Shown: positions 7,373-17,544 of the stretch, in pieces
Numbering within the stretch: the stretch's first letter is position 1
How the letters are laid out: every line of letters starts with the position of its first letter
IMG/VR virus record: IMGVR_UViG_3300047403_000111
Location: 1 to 42,606 of that record
Strand: one strand, 5' to 3'
Length of the DNA stretch: 42,606 nucleotides
DNA from: a virus
Taxonomy: Duplodnaviria > Caudoviricetes
The notes under the pieces: model-generated
The model's input: the letters and a program-made list of their open reading frames with translations, nothing else
Database searches by the model: none
Told to the model about the DNA's origin: nothing
Made by a program: the position numbers and the translations under genes

Positions 7373-7822
7373 ATGTCTACCGAAGTATTCCATCCCCTGG
7401 TCGATCGTCGGATCGGCCTGACGCAAAAGGGAAATCTTGCCGGCAACGGCATCCAGATTACCCGCCCGTGCGTCGATGCGTCGATCACGGTCGGTGCCGA
7501 ATCCACCAACGTGCGCGCCATCACGATCCAGCTCAAGGACGCGAACGGCGATGACATCAACTATGCCGAGACGGTGGAAGTTATCGTATTCGGCGCCGCC
7601 GATATGCTGTCTTTCGCTTCGACTGGTGGCTCTACCGGCATCGCCATCGGCACGGACGGCGCGTTGCTGGACGTGGTGGCAAAGAAATACTTCCTGGCCA
7701 CGTCCGAAGTCGATGGCGATATTGACCTGACTTGGACGGACACCGGCACGGAGTCCGTGGCTCTCGGCGTGCGTTTGCCGAACGGTCGCGTGGTGGTGAC
7801 TGCCGCGTTTGCGAACGCGTAA
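7373..7822 (+). CDS. Putative virion structural protein, 149 aa
   Basis: AAAGGA RBS; beta-rich T/G/D/A composition. Confidence 0.7.
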   Translation: MSTEVFHPLVDRRIGLTQKGNLAGNGIQITRPCVDASITVGAESTNVRAITIQLKDANGDDINYAETVEVIVFGAADMLSFASTGGSTGIAIGTDGALLDVVAKKYFLATSEVDGDIDLTWTDTGTESVALGVRLPNGRVVVTAAFANA

Positions 7823-7846
7823 TAGCAACGCGCAGGGAGCCAACAC

Positions 7847-8206
7847 ATGGCAGTCACGTCGGTGCAGCTACTCGCCGATTGGAACGTGGAGCATCAACGC
7901 GTGTTGTGGGAAAACGTTCCCAACGGCAGCACGGGCGAGGCGGTTCAACTCGGGAGCTATCAGGATCGCAGCGTGCAAGTTACCGGCACGTTCGGCGCCG
8001 GTGGTTCGGTATCGATCCAGGGGTCCAACGATGGCGGGACCACGTGGGCGACGCTCAGCGATCCGCTGGGCAATGCGCTCACGTTCACGGCGGCGGGGTT
8101 GAAGCAGGTGTTGGAGCTAACCGACCGTGTGCGGTGTAGCGTCACCGCCGGCGATGGCACCACGTCGCTGGATATCCACATGTTCATGCGAAAGGACGCA
8201 AAATGA
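7847..8206 (+). CDS. Putative virion structural protein, 119 aa
   Basis: GGGAG RBS; SVQVTGTFG..V.IQGSNDG..W jelly-roll-like pattern. Confidence 0.7.
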   Translation: MAVTSVQLLADWNVEHQRVLWENVPNGSTGEAVQLGSYQDRSVQVTGTFGAGGSVSIQGSNDGGTTWATLSDPLGNALTFTAAGLKQVLELTDRVRCSVTAGDGTTSLDIHMFMRKDAK

Positions 8207-8727
8207 GCGGGACCGCGAAGACCCGCCGCGAGGCATTGGAGGCGTTCCGCTTGCGTGCGCGTCCTGTCCTAGAAGCAGTGCTGGATATGGCCCGCTCCCT
8301 CGACGATGTGGAATCCGTGGAACAGGCCACCCGTGAGGCGGAAAGCCGTCGCATTGTGGCTGACCAGGAAGCCGCCGCCGCGCGGGCCGAAATTACCAAA
8401 ATGCGCGAGGAAGCCGCCGCGAGGATGGCGAAAGAACAGGAAGAAATCGCAGCCGCAAAAACGGCTTTGAAATCTGACGTGGCCAGGATCAAGGACGATG
8501 CGGCGCGCAATGCACAGACTGTGCGGGAGCGTGCGCGGGTTGAGGCAGAGGAAATTCTTCACTCCGCCGGCGTGAAGCGCGACGAGATCATGATGGCCGT
8601 AGCGGCGTACCGCGCCGAGGCCGACACCGCTCGCGCGGAACTGTCCCGGCTGGCTGACGAACACGCGGATTTGATGGCGAAGATTGAGCAGGCGCGGGCG
8701 CTGGTGCGCGGCCTGGTGGGGGGCTGA
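8203..8727 (+). CDS. Coiled-coil protein, 174 aa
   Basis: A/E/R-rich heptads; AAAGGA RBS; ATGA coupling. Confidence 0.75.
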   Translation: MSGTAKTRREALEAFRLRARPVLEAVLDMARSLDDVESVEQATREAESRRIVADQEAAAARAEITKMREEAAARMAKEQEEIAAAKTALKSDVARIKDDAARNAQTVRERARVEAEEILHSAGVKRDEIMMAVAAYRAEADTARAELSRLADEHADLMAKIEQARALVRGLVGG

Positions 8728-9071
8728 TGCGCGCGGATATTGATGCTCAACGCGAGCGGTGGATCGCCGCGCACCCTGAAGATACTGACGGCACGGGGTA
8801 TTTGGTCGCAACGCTGGTAGTGATCGAGGAACTGCGCCAACGGTTCATTTCGGAAGGAAATGCGCCGGATGCGGACCGGACGCGCGAAATGCTGGCCGAT
8901 ACCCGCCCCGATGTTCTGGTCTTGGTGCGTAAGTGGTTTCGTGATCGTCGCCGGTTTGTTGAGGCCGATGATATCAGGTTTGTACTATTCGATCTCGGCA
9001 TTCTTGTTGAGGATGGGAAAGACGGCATCGGCACGTGGCGACGGATCAACTCAGGGATGGCGGTAGCATAA
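8727..9071 (+). CDS. Hypothetical protein, 114 aa
   Basis: TGATG coupling; fills the operon gap. Confidence 0.65.
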   Translation: MRADIDAQRERWIAAHPEDTDGTGYLVATLVVIEELRQRFISEGNAPDADRTREMLADTRPDVLVLVRKWFRDRRRFVEADDIRFVLFDLGILVEDGKDGIGTWRRINSGMAVA

Positions 9072-9072
9072 T

Positions 9073-9513
9073 ATGGCGACCTACAACAAATTCCAGGATT
9101 TCGTAGAGCAGCTTGCGAAGGGCGTGCATGTATTCGGCACGCACACGTTCAAGGTTGCGCTGACGAACACCGCTCCCGTGGCGACGCAGACCAGCCTGGA
9201 CACGGTGACGAACCATCCGGCGCCGGCTGCTGCAAACGGCTACACAGCGGGGGGCAATACGCTGAGCGTGACCATTTCGGAAACCACTGGCACCGCGACG
9301 ATCGTGGACGATGCCACGACGTTCACAGCGGCGGGCGGGAATCTCGGGCCGTTTCGCTATGCGATTCTCTACAATGACACCGCGACATCGCCGGCTGATG
9401 CGCTGGTGGCTTGGTGGGATTACGGTTCCAGCGTGACGCTAGCGACGGGCGAGACGTTCAAGGTGTCGTTTAACAACGACGATACGGACGGCACTATCTT
9501 CACGTTGGCCTAA
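9073..9513 (+). CDS. Putative virion/fibre-associated protein (MATYNKFQ.F family)
   Basis: FKVALTN, GYTAGG, GPFRYA.LYNDT, WDYGS.VTL..GETF pattern seen in phage structural genes. Confidence 0.7.
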   Translation: MATYNKFQDFVEQLAKGVHVFGTHTFKVALTNTAPVATQTSLDTVTNHPAPAAANGYTAGGNTLSVTISETTGTATIVDDATTFTAAGGNLGPFRYAILYNDTATSPADALVAWWDYGSSVTLATGETFKVSFNNDDTDGTIFTLA

Positions 9514-9514
9514 T

Positions 9515-9871
9515 ATGCCTTCGACGTGGATAACCACGGCGGTATCGGACATTCTGGCCACGCGCAAGGTGCGACTGCGTGACGGCTGGGAGTATGACTT
9601 TTCGGCGCTTCCCGGCTCAGGATTCGATGCAAGTCGGCTGGCACTGATAAATGCCGCGATCCAGGCGGCAGTAGATACGCGCATACCACTTTCCGACTTG
9701 CCGGAAACCGATCCTGATAAGCGGACCAATCCAAACCGCCCAACGCTCTATTGGTCAGACGCTTCTGGCAATCCGTCGCCGACAGGAGCCTATTTGTGCG
9801 CCCGGCATACTCGCGTCTGGCTGGAATGGGATGGCGCAAAGTTAATTCCGCACACTGAGGAGGTGCGGTAA
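9515..9871 (+). CDS. Hypothetical protein, 118 aa
   Basis: Tight operon packing; TAATG coupling to the next gene. Confidence 0.65.
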   Translation: MPSTWITTAVSDILATRKVRLRDGWEYDFSALPGSGFDASRLALINAAIQAAVDTRIPLSDLPETDPDKRTNPNRPTLYWSDASGNPSPTGAYLCARHTRVWLEWDGAKLIPHTEEVR

Positions 9872-11751
9872 TGGCGCTCACGTTGAATAATTTCTCTGGG
9901 TTTGAAACGCAGGGAAATGACGAACTATCTGTTGTCGTCGGAACTCTCAGCTACAGCACGAGTGTTAAGCGAAGCGGTGGGGCATCGCTTGTTTTGGATA
10001 GCGGCGAAAGAGCCGATATAGGATTTATCGTTACAGATGCCGGCGTTGGACATATATTTCGTTGGGCAGTTTATTTCTCGGGCACGGTAACGCCGACTAA
10101 TGCCACTGTTTTTTGCCGCACAAATTCTGCCAACCCACGGTTACGACTAAAAACAAACAGCGACCTCGAGGTGCTTAACGGCGCTGGGAGTGTTCTGCAC
10201 ACCCAGACGGCGCCATTTTCGGCTAATACTTGGTATGTGGTAGACCTATATATCGGGTCTTACAGCGCTACCACCGGTTCGGCTGAGGTGTTTATTGATG
10301 GGTCGTCGATTTATTCCGGGACAAATATCGACACGGGCGTAGGCGTGCCGACCACACTACGATGCGATAACACACCGACGACTGGTTCGTCTGGACTAAC
10401 CATTCACTTTGACGATTGCGCTATCCAGTCCGGTGCTACAGCTAGCACCGACAGATTGGCAACCGGGTTTGCGGTCAAGGGCTACAAGTCCAACGTTGCC
10501 AGCGGCACCGATAACGGCAGCGCGCTTGATACCGGCCAATGGTCGAACACTGGCGAAATCCCGTTCAGCGATACGAACCTTGCTACCTACTCGACAAACG
10601 GCAGGAACGGCTCGACTGACACCGACACGTCAACACCGAACACCGGCCCATCTGGTGATAGTGATATCACAGGTGCGACGATCAAAGGCGCCAAGTGGGT
10701 GATGCGCGCTGCGCGGACATCGGGCAGCGACTCGACACCGTTTCTTCGCTATGGCGACACGGCGGGGACGACGGATTCATCGGGATCGCTGTTGACCACT
10801 ACTGCCGCTGTTTATGAATTTCTTTCCGAAAGCACGAACGTTCCTTCGACCAGCGAATACTTCCGCATGGGGATGGGGAAAAATACTGGCGGGCGAAACG
10901 TCACGCTCTACGACGCGATGGGAATGCTGGCTTATGTGCCGGCAGTTGGTGGTTCTCCCTACACACTGGTCGCTGACAGCGGCTCCTACACGATAACCGG
11001 CGCGGCGGCTTCGCTCTACACTGGACGTAAGCTTGATGCCGCGTCCGGCTCCTACTCTGTGACTGGCGCCGATACTGGCATGTATGTCGGGCGCAAGTTG
11101 AGTGCCGATCCGGGGGCATATTCGATCACGGGCGCCGATGCCGGGCTGATTACTTCGCGCATTCTGAACGCCGAGGCCGGAAGCTATACGGTCACGGGCT
11201 TCGACGCGACGATGGGCCGGCTGTTCACGATGAATGCCGAGCCTGGAAGCTACGCGATCACGGGTGCGGATGCAGGGTTCGTTCGGTCGTATCTACTGCA
11301 AGCGGACGCAGGAGCCTACACGGTCACGGGTTCAGATGCCGGGCTGCTCTCGGCCAGGACGCTAAGCGCCGATGCAGGCTCGTATACGCTGACGGGCGCC
11401 GATGGCTCGCTTCGGCGCGGGTATCTACTGCAAACGGAGCCCGGTGCCTACGTGGTAGTGGGCGCCGCCGGCACGATGCAGGCGCATCGGATCATGGAGG
11501 CTGGGCCGGGATCGTATTCGATCACCGGGATCGCGGCGGAACTGATCTACACGCCAATCGGCGCATATGTGCTGGTCGCTGAGCCTGGGTCCTACACGGT
11601 CGGCGGCGCCAACGCGGCTTTGTTATCGGGCCGGATACTTCCCGCCGATGCAGGAGTGTATTCGATTTCTGGTATATCGGCAGAGCTGGTCTACACGGCA
11701 AACACGGCTAGGGATTACATAGTGTTCGCCCGCCACAGGGGGCGGCGTTGA
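9871..11751 (+). CDS. Fibre/adhesin-like protein: lectin-like N-terminal region plus 11 x 22-aa repeats
   Basis: GAGGAGG RBS; NTWY.V..EVFIDG..FDD (ConA/LamG-like); repeats L.A..GSY.ITG.DA.L. Confidence 0.7.
   Translation: MALTLNNFSGFETQGNDELSVVVGTLSYSTSVKRSGGASLVLDSGERADIGFIVTDAGVGHIFRWAVYFSGTVTPTNATVFCRTNSANPRLRLKTNSDLEVLNGAGSVLHTQTAPFSANTWYVVDLYIGSYSATTGSAEVFIDGSSIYSGTNIDTGVGVPTTLRCDNTPTTGSSGLTIHFDDCAIQSGATASTDRLATGFAVKGYKSNVASGTDNGSALDTGQWSNTGEIPFSDTNLATYSTNGRNGSTDTDTSTPNTGPSGDSDITGATIKGAKWVMRAARTSGSDSTPFLRYGDTAGTTDSSGSLLTTTAAVYEFLSESTNVPSTSEYFRMGMGKNTGGRNVTLYDAMGMLAYVPAVGGSPYTLVADSGSYTITGAAASLYTGRKLDAASGSYSVTGADTGMYVGRKLSADPGAYSITGADAGLITSRILNAEAGSYTVTGFDATMGRLFTMNAEPGSYAITGADAGFVRSYLLQADAGAYTVTGSDAGLLSARTLSADAGSYTLTGADGSLRRGYLLQTEPGAYVVVGAAGTMQAHRIMEAGPGSYSITGIAAELIYTPIGAYVLVAEPGSYTVGGANAALLSGRILPADAGVYSISGISAELVYTANTARDYIVFARHRGRR
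10960..11697 (+). repeat. Eleven tandem 66-nt (22-aa) coding repeats
   Basis: For example RKLDAASGSYSVTGADTGMYVG / RKLSADPGAYSITGADAGLITS / RILNAEAGSYTVTGFDATMGRL. Confidence 0.9.
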
Positions 11752-13301
11752 CGCTTCTCGATGATGTCCTCGCCAAGCTAGGCACGATGCCCGAGGACGC
11801 GCGCGAGCAAGTGGTGAAGGCAGCGCTTTCGGCGACGGCTGGCATGCGGTGGATACCGAACACTGGGCCACAGACTGAGGCGTATTTCCACCCGGCGGAT
11901 GTGCTGTTGTACGGCGGCCAAGCCGGAGGCGGTAAAAGTGAATTAGGTTTAGGTCTGGCGTTTACTGCGCATAAGCGCTCGTTAATCATGCGCCGTCGAT
12001 ATGTGAACCTTGGCGCGATGACTGATCGGGCCATTGAGATCAATGGCTCAAAGGATGGGTTTAACGGGTCGCCGCCGCCGAAACTTCGCACACCGGACGG
12101 GCGGCTGATCGAGTTTGGCGCAGCGCAGTATCCCGGCGATGAGCAGGGATGGCAGGGGCAGCCGCATGATTTGCTGGTGCTGGACGAAGCTACGCAGTTT
12201 CTTGAAAGCCAATGCCGGTTTTTAATTGGCTGGCTGCGGTCAACGGAACCTGGGCAGCGTGTGCGGGCGTTGTTGGGCACAAACCCGCCGGTTGATGCGT
12301 CGGGAGATTGGATCATTGGTATGTTCCGGCCGTGGCTGGATGTAACGCATCCGAAGCCAGCCAAACCCGGCGAATTGCGGTGGTTTGTGACTGCGCCTGA
12401 TGGGAGCGACCTGGAAGTAGACGGACGAACCCCGGTGCAGTTGCCTGGCGCCGATAAGCCGCTGATCCCAATGTCGCGTTCGTTCATTCCGGCTCGGCTG
12501 GCAGACAACCCCTATCTAATCAACACCGGATATCAAGCTAAACTGGATGGCCTGCCTGAACCGATCCGTTCGGCGGTGCGAGACGGCAATTTCATGGCCG
12601 CCAGAGCGGATGACGAATACCAGGTGATCCCGACGCGGTGGATCATCGATGCACAGGCCAGATGGCAGCCTGATGGCTGGAAACCGCATGCCATGACGGC
12701 ATGCGGTCTGGATATCGGCGCCGGCCGGGATGAAACCACGCTCGCGCTGCGATATGGTGGATGGTATGCGCCGGTTGAGGTGATCGCTGGGGATGCAGCG
12801 AAGGACCCGGCGCACGCAGCGGCACTGGTGGTGCGTCATCGGAAAGACGGTTGCCCCGTGGTGGTAGATGTCGGTGGCGGGTTCGGTGGCGCGTCCTTAG
12901 TGCTGTTCAAGGAGAACGGCATAGCGTGCCAGCAGTTCAATGGAGCGGCGGCTTCGAAATTGCGGACCAGGGATGGAACGCTTTCATTCGTGAACAAGCG
13001 CGCCGAGGCATGGTGGCGGTTTCGTGAAGAATTGGACCCTGGGCAAGAGGGTGGCTCTATGATTGCGTTGCCACCCGACCCAAAGTTGGCGTCCGATCTA
13101 TCATCGGCAACGTGGAAGTTGACCACACGCGGCATTCAGATTGAGAGCAAAGAGGAAATCCGCGCCCGGCTTGGTCGATCCCCCGATCGGGGCGATGCCG
13201 TGGTGATGGCGTTAAGCGAGGGGAATATAGCCGCCAGTCGGGCGTTGTCCCGGCAGGGTGGTTTTACCCCGAAAGTTGTGATGGGTGGCGCTGGTCGTTG
13301 A
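11748..13301 (+). CDS. terL: Terminase large subunit
   Basis: YGGQAGGGKS Walker A, LLVLDEA Walker B, GTNPP, DNPYL; nuclease GLDIG and SPDRGDA. Confidence 0.95.
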   Translation: MTLLDDVLAKLGTMPEDAREQVVKAALSATAGMRWIPNTGPQTEAYFHPADVLLYGGQAGGGKSELGLGLAFTAHKRSLIMRRRYVNLGAMTDRAIEINGSKDGFNGSPPPKLRTPDGRLIEFGAAQYPGDEQGWQGQPHDLLVLDEATQFLESQCRFLIGWLRSTEPGQRVRALLGTNPPVDASGDWIIGMFRPWLDVTHPKPAKPGELRWFVTAPDGSDLEVDGRTPVQLPGADKPLIPMSRSFIPARLADNPYLINTGYQAKLDGLPEPIRSAVRDGNFMAARADDEYQVIPTRWIIDAQARWQPDGWKPHAMTACGLDIGAGRDETTLALRYGGWYAPVEVIAGDAAKDPAHAAALVVRHRKDGCPVVVDVGGGFGGASLVLFKENGIACQQFNGAAASKLRTRDGTLSFVNKRAEAWWRFREELDPGQEGGSMIALPPDPKLASDLSSATWKLTTRGIQIESKEEIRARLGRSPDRGDAVVMALSEGNIAASRALSRQGGFTPKVVMGGAGR

Positions 13302-13318
13302 ATGGAAAGGAGATAGGG

Positions 13319-13528
13319 ATGGCTGCTATGTTTGGCGGGGGACCGTCATTGCCAAAGCCGAAGCCGCCGGCGCCGATGCCGGATTCGAGTAGCCCGGAAA
13401 TCATGGAAGCAGCGCGCCGGCGCCGTGCCGCGATGGCGGGAGTTGCCGGCCGTGCCGCGACCATCCTATCCGATGGCGGCGGCGGTAGCGGGTCCGATGA
13501 CAACTACACCCGTACCACGTTGGGATAA
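13319..13528 (+). CDS. Small virion protein (T7 gp7.3-like position)
   Basis: AAAGGAG RBS; Pro-rich N-terminus, GRAATILS, terminal TLG; directly before the portal. Confidence 0.7.
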   Translation: MAAMFGGGPSLPKPKPPAPMPDSSSPEIMEAARRRRAAMAGVAGRAATILSDGGGGSGSDDNYTRTTLG

Positions 13529-13531
13529 TTC

Positions 13532-15187
13532 ATGACCGCTCGTGCGCGGGAGGTTGCCGAGATCGGTGACCGCTTGTTTTCCCAACGACTGCCGGTGATG
13601 TCGCTATGGCAAGAGATTGCCATGCATTTCTACCCGGAGCGCGCGGATTTCACCGCGGCTCGCTCGCTCGGGGAGGAATTTGCGGCGCACCTCATGAGCG
13701 GCGCGCCCGTGCTTGCGCGTCGGGATTTGGCCGCGCAGTTTCAGGGTATGCTGCGGCCGCGTGGGAAGCCGTGGTTTTCCCTGGTCCCCGAGGATGAACG
13801 CGCGGTTGACAATCTGAACGTTCGCCGATGGGCTGAATACGCAACCGGCATCCAGCGCCGCGCGATGTATGACAGTGCCAGCCAGTTCGTGCGAGCGACG
13901 AAGGAGGGCGACAACGACTTCGCGGCGTTTGGCCAGGCGGTGCTGACGGTCGAACTTGATCTGGCGACAAACCGATTGCTTTACCGCTGCTGGCATCCGC
14001 GTGATGTGGCGTGGGCCGAAAACGACCGGGGCGAGATCGACTGTATTCACCGCAACTGGAAGGTGACGGTTCGGGATATGCTGCGTCGCTGGCCGGACAA
14101 GGCGGCTTCGGCCGTGCGCGAGGCAGCGAGTAAAGACCCGTTCAAGGAAATCGACTGCCGGCACGTCATCATGCCGGCCGATCAGTATGAGGGCGGGAAT
14201 TTTAAGAAAACCAATCGTCCGATGAAATACGTGTCCATCGTGATGGACCGCGAAAATGAGACGATTCTGAGCGAAGAACAGATCGAGGATCATCCCTACA
14301 TCATACCGCGTTGGCAGACGGTTTCGGGTTCGCAGTATGCCCATTCGCCTGCGACCGTGGTGGCTTTGGCTGATGCCCGTCTGCTGCAACGGATCACGTG
14401 GACGCTGCTTGAGGCTGGCGAGAAAGCTACCAACCCGCCGATGTTGGCGGTGAAGGAGGCCATCCGCTCCGATATCGCGCTCTACGCCGGCGGGATTACA
14501 TGGGCGGATGCGGAATACGACGAGCGGCTCGGTGAGGTGTTGCGCCCGCTCAGCATGGACGCGCGTGGCCTGACGTTCGGACTGGAAATGGTCCAGAAGC
14601 AAGAAGAAATGATTAAGGCAGCGTTCTACCTCAATCAGGTGAACCTGCCTCCGGTTGGCGCTGCGATGACGGCGACGGAAGTGCAGGCACGGATGCAGGA
14701 ATATATCCGCGCGGCATTGCCTTTGTTCGAGCCGATGGAAAGCGAATATAATGGCGGGTTGTGCGAAAAGACGTTCCAGAAGCTACTGCGCGCCAATGCG
14801 TTCGGACCGCCGTCGAGTTGGCCGCAAGAGGTGGCCGGTCTGGACATGAAATGGCAGTTTGACTCGCCGATCACGGCGGCGAACAAGCGCCAGGACGCGG
14901 TGACGTTCCAGGAAGCGGCGCAGCTTCTGTCTCTGGCGGCCGGCATTGATCCGTCTTTGAAATCCAAGGTCAACATCAAGACCGCGTTCCGCGATGCCTT
15001 GTTTGGGATCGGCGCAAAGGCGACGTGGATACGTTCGGACGAGGAAGCCGCCGAGATCGAAAACCAAGAGGCGCAGGCCGCCGAAGCGGCAAAGATGCTG
15101 GCCATGGTCGGTCAAGGCGCTGGCGTGGCTGAGCAGGTGGGCAAAGCCGGCGCGGCGCTGAACACCATGGCGGCCACGGCTGTATGA
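13532..15187 (+). CDS. Portal (head-tail connector, T7 gp8/BPP-1-like)
   Basis: 551 aa; WF.L, D..AFG, PYIIPRW..SG..Y..SP, NPP, MTATEV motifs. Confidence 0.93.
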   Translation: MTARAREVAEIGDRLFSQRLPVMSLWQEIAMHFYPERADFTAARSLGEEFAAHLMSGAPVLARRDLAAQFQGMLRPRGKPWFSLVPEDERAVDNLNVRRWAEYATGIQRRAMYDSASQFVRATKEGDNDFAAFGQAVLTVELDLATNRLLYRCWHPRDVAWAENDRGEIDCIHRNWKVTVRDMLRRWPDKAASAVREAASKDPFKEIDCRHVIMPADQYEGGNFKKTNRPMKYVSIVMDRENETILSEEQIEDHPYIIPRWQTVSGSQYAHSPATVVALADARLLQRITWTLLEAGEKATNPPMLAVKEAIRSDIALYAGGITWADAEYDERLGEVLRPLSMDARGLTFGLEMVQKQEEMIKAAFYLNQVNLPPVGAAMTATEVQARMQEYIRAALPLFEPMESEYNGGLCEKTFQKLLRANAFGPPSSWPQEVAGLDMKWQFDSPITAANKRQDAVTFQEAAQLLSLAAGIDPSLKSKVNIKTAFRDALFGIGAKATWIRSDEEAAEIENQEAQAAEAAKMLAMVGQGAGVAEQVGKAGAALNTMAATAV

Positions 15188-15489
15188 CCCAGCGGCGAAA
15201 TTCTGAGCCGTGGGCGCCTATCTCATGGTCCAAGGCTGACGCTCTGGCCATTAAAGCGTTGGCCGCTGGGAACGCCAGCGAGGCGCAGCAGAAGCGGGCG
15301 CTGGATTGGATACTGGAAGCTTGCGGCCTGCGTGATCTGTCCTTCCGGCCCGATAGCGACCGGGCGACGAGTTTCGCGGAGGGCAAGCGTTTCGTGGGTC
15401 TACAGATCGCCAAGATGATGCAAATGCCGGCAAGCATCGTCGATGCGGCGGATCGCCCTATGGCGAAGGCTAAGTCCGGCCCAACCTAG
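15184..15489 (+). CDS. Bbp19-like small protein between portal and scaffold
   Basis: SFRP...TSFAEGKRFVGLQI motif and synteny. Confidence 0.7.
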   Translation: MTQRRNSEPWAPISWSKADALAIKALAAGNASEAQQKRALDWILEACGLRDLSFRPDSDRATSFAEGKRFVGLQIAKMMQMPASIVDAADRPMAKAKSGPT

Positions 15490-15497
15490 AGGAATTT

Positions 15498-16475
15498 ATG
15501 TCAGACACCATCATCGAACCCACTGGCGGTAGCCAGGAGGGAACGCAGACGGCCACCCCGACACCGGCCCCGTCTGGATCGGATCAGACCGCCGCGCCAC
15601 CTTCAGGTGGCGCAAAGCCCACGGAGCCGGCAAAGCCAGTCGGTTCTGTTCTCACGGATGACGGCGCGGATCCGCCCGTTGCGGCGGCTGCTGATTGGCC
15701 GGCGGACTGGCGGGAGCGGATGGCCGGGGACGACAAGGCGTTTCTCAACACACTGAAACGTTATGCCTCTCCTTTGACCTACGCCAAGGCGGGGTTTGAG
15801 GCGCAGCAGAAGATCAGGTCCGGCGAGGCCAAAAAGCCCATTGGCCCAGATGCTTCGCCCGAAGAAATCGCCGCGTTCCGCAAGGAAAATGGCATTCCTG
15901 AAAGCCCGGCGGAATACAAGGTCGAACTGGCCGATGGCATGGTGCCAGGCGAGGCCGACAAGCCGCTTCTGGATGGGTTCAAGGAGTTTGCCCACGGCAA
16001 AAACTACACGCCGGCGCAACTGAACGATGTCCTGAACTGGTATTACAGCCAGCAGGACGCGATTTCGGCGCAACGGCTGGAAGCCGATTTGACGATCAAG
16101 ACTGCGACGGAGGAGGCGCTGCGGTCTGAGTGGGGCGCGGAATATCGTTCTAACGTCAATGCTATCAAGAACTATCTCTCAGGTCTGCCGCAAGGTGTAG
16201 GCGCCGCGATTGTCGAAGCTCGCGCACCGGACGGCACGCCTCTCGGAAATCATCCAGAGGTGGTCCGCTGGCTGGCAGCTGTTGCCCGTGACGCCATGCC
16301 AGGCGCCGGTCTAGTCCCTGCTGGGACATCCAACCCCAGCGCGGCCATTGAAACGGAAATCGAGACTATCCGCAGCCTAATGCAGGCCGGCGATCCGAAA
16401 TACTGGAAAGATGACAAAATGCAGGCGCGCTATCGTGAACTGATCAGCGCGCAGCAACGAGCTAGGGCGCGCTAA
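15498..16475 (+). CDS. Capsid scaffolding protein
   Basis: P/T/A-rich N-terminus, PESP.EY, L..EWG..Y, LGNHPEV; just before the capsid gene. Confidence 0.85.
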   Translation: MSDTIIEPTGGSQEGTQTATPTPAPSGSDQTAAPPSGGAKPTEPAKPVGSVLTDDGADPPVAAAADWPADWRERMAGDDKAFLNTLKRYASPLTYAKAGFEAQQKIRSGEAKKPIGPDASPEEIAAFRKENGIPESPAEYKVELADGMVPGEADKPLLDGFKEFAHGKNYTPAQLNDVLNWYYSQQDAISAQRLEADLTIKTATEEALRSEWGAEYRSNVNAIKNYLSGLPQGVGAAIVEARAPDGTPLGNHPEVVRWLAAVARDAMPGAGLVPAGTSNPSAAIETEIETIRSLMQAGDPKYWKDDKMQARYRELISAQQRARAR

Positions 16476-16678
16476 TCGCTTCGCCCTATACGTGCCTACC
16501 CCTCTGCCGTTCCCGACTATCCCGCGCAAGCGGCCTCGTGAACGGCGATCCAAACCCCTCACGCTCACTCAACGTCCCACCTCACGTCCGACAGGCCCCG
16601 CAAAGGCGGCAACCCCTGATCGGCTGACGGTGGCTACCCCGCGATGTGGCGCCCTTCAACCTTGAAAGGACCACACCA

Positions 16679-17518
16679 ATGGCTGAAAGTGCAGCCCAGA
16701 CGCAATACCGCGACGAGTTCATCGCGGGTTTCGAACTCAACCAGTCTCTCCTTCGCTCGGCCGTTACCACGGAAGCCACGATCAAGGGCAACACTGCGGT
16801 GTTCCTTGTCGCGGATTCCAACGGTGCCACCGCTGTCACGCGCGGTGTCAACGGCCTGATCCCGGCGCGGGCGGACAATCTGACGCAAAACTCCTGCACT
16901 CTGGCGGAATGGCATGACCTGGTGAAAAAGACCGGGTTCAACATCTTCCAGTCGCAGGGTGACCAGCGTCGGATCATGCAGATGACCTCCATGGGGGTGA
17001 TCAATCGCAAGATCGATTCCTCCATCCTGACGGAACTGAACACTGGCACCAACGATACGGGCACAGCTGCCACTGGCTCGCTGGCCTTGATCATGAAGGC
17101 TCGTGCGATCCTCGGCAACGCGGAAGTGCCCGTCGAGGAGGAGGATAATATGTTCTGCGTCGGGTCTCCGGCGTTGGAGGCGTATCTGATGCAAGTCAGT
17201 GCGTTTACCAGCGCGGATTTCGTGGAGATGCGGCCGTTCTCTGGTCCGGTCCGTCGGTTCCGCCGGTGGGCTGGGTGCAACTGGATTTTCCATCCGAATG
17301 TTCCCGGCGTGGGGACCTCGGCGGAAAAATGCTTCATGTTCCATCGCAACGCCATCGGCCATGCGGTGGATCGAAACGGTATCCAGTCGCCTGTCGGGTA
17401 TGACGAGGAGCAGGATTATTCCTACGCCCGTTGCACCGTCTACATGGGGTCGAAGCTGCTTCAGAACTCCGGCGTGGTTGTGATTAACCATGACGGCTCC
17501 GCCTATGTGGCGTCGTAA
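16679..17518 (+). CDS. Major capsid protein, 279 aa
   Basis: AAAGGA RBS before ATG 16679; Q..S.LR..VT, A.TR, INRKID..I, G..LLQ..GVV pattern; synteny. Confidence 0.9.
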   Translation: MAESAAQTQYRDEFIAGFELNQSLLRSAVTTEATIKGNTAVFLVADSNGATAVTRGVNGLIPARADNLTQNSCTLAEWHDLVKKTGFNIFQSQGDQRRIMQMTSMGVINRKIDSSILTELNTGTNDTGTAATGSLALIMKARAILGNAEVPVEEEDNMFCVGSPALEAYLMQVSAFTSADFVEMRPFSGPVRRFRRWAGCNWIFHPNVPGVGTSAEKCFMFHRNAIGHAVDRNGIQSPVGYDEEQDYSYARCTVYMGSKLLQNSGVVVINHDGSAYVAS

Positions 17519-17544
17519 CCCCTGAACGGAAAGGAGAACTGACG

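Noticed and set aside
11748-13301. Intein or intron in TerL
   Set aside because: Normal length, contiguous motifs, no splice-junction signatures seen.
13604-14602. Long antisense ORFs (also 16634-17491, 20516-21472, 25116-26288)
   Set aside because: Expected shadows of GC-rich coding strands; no motifs recognised.
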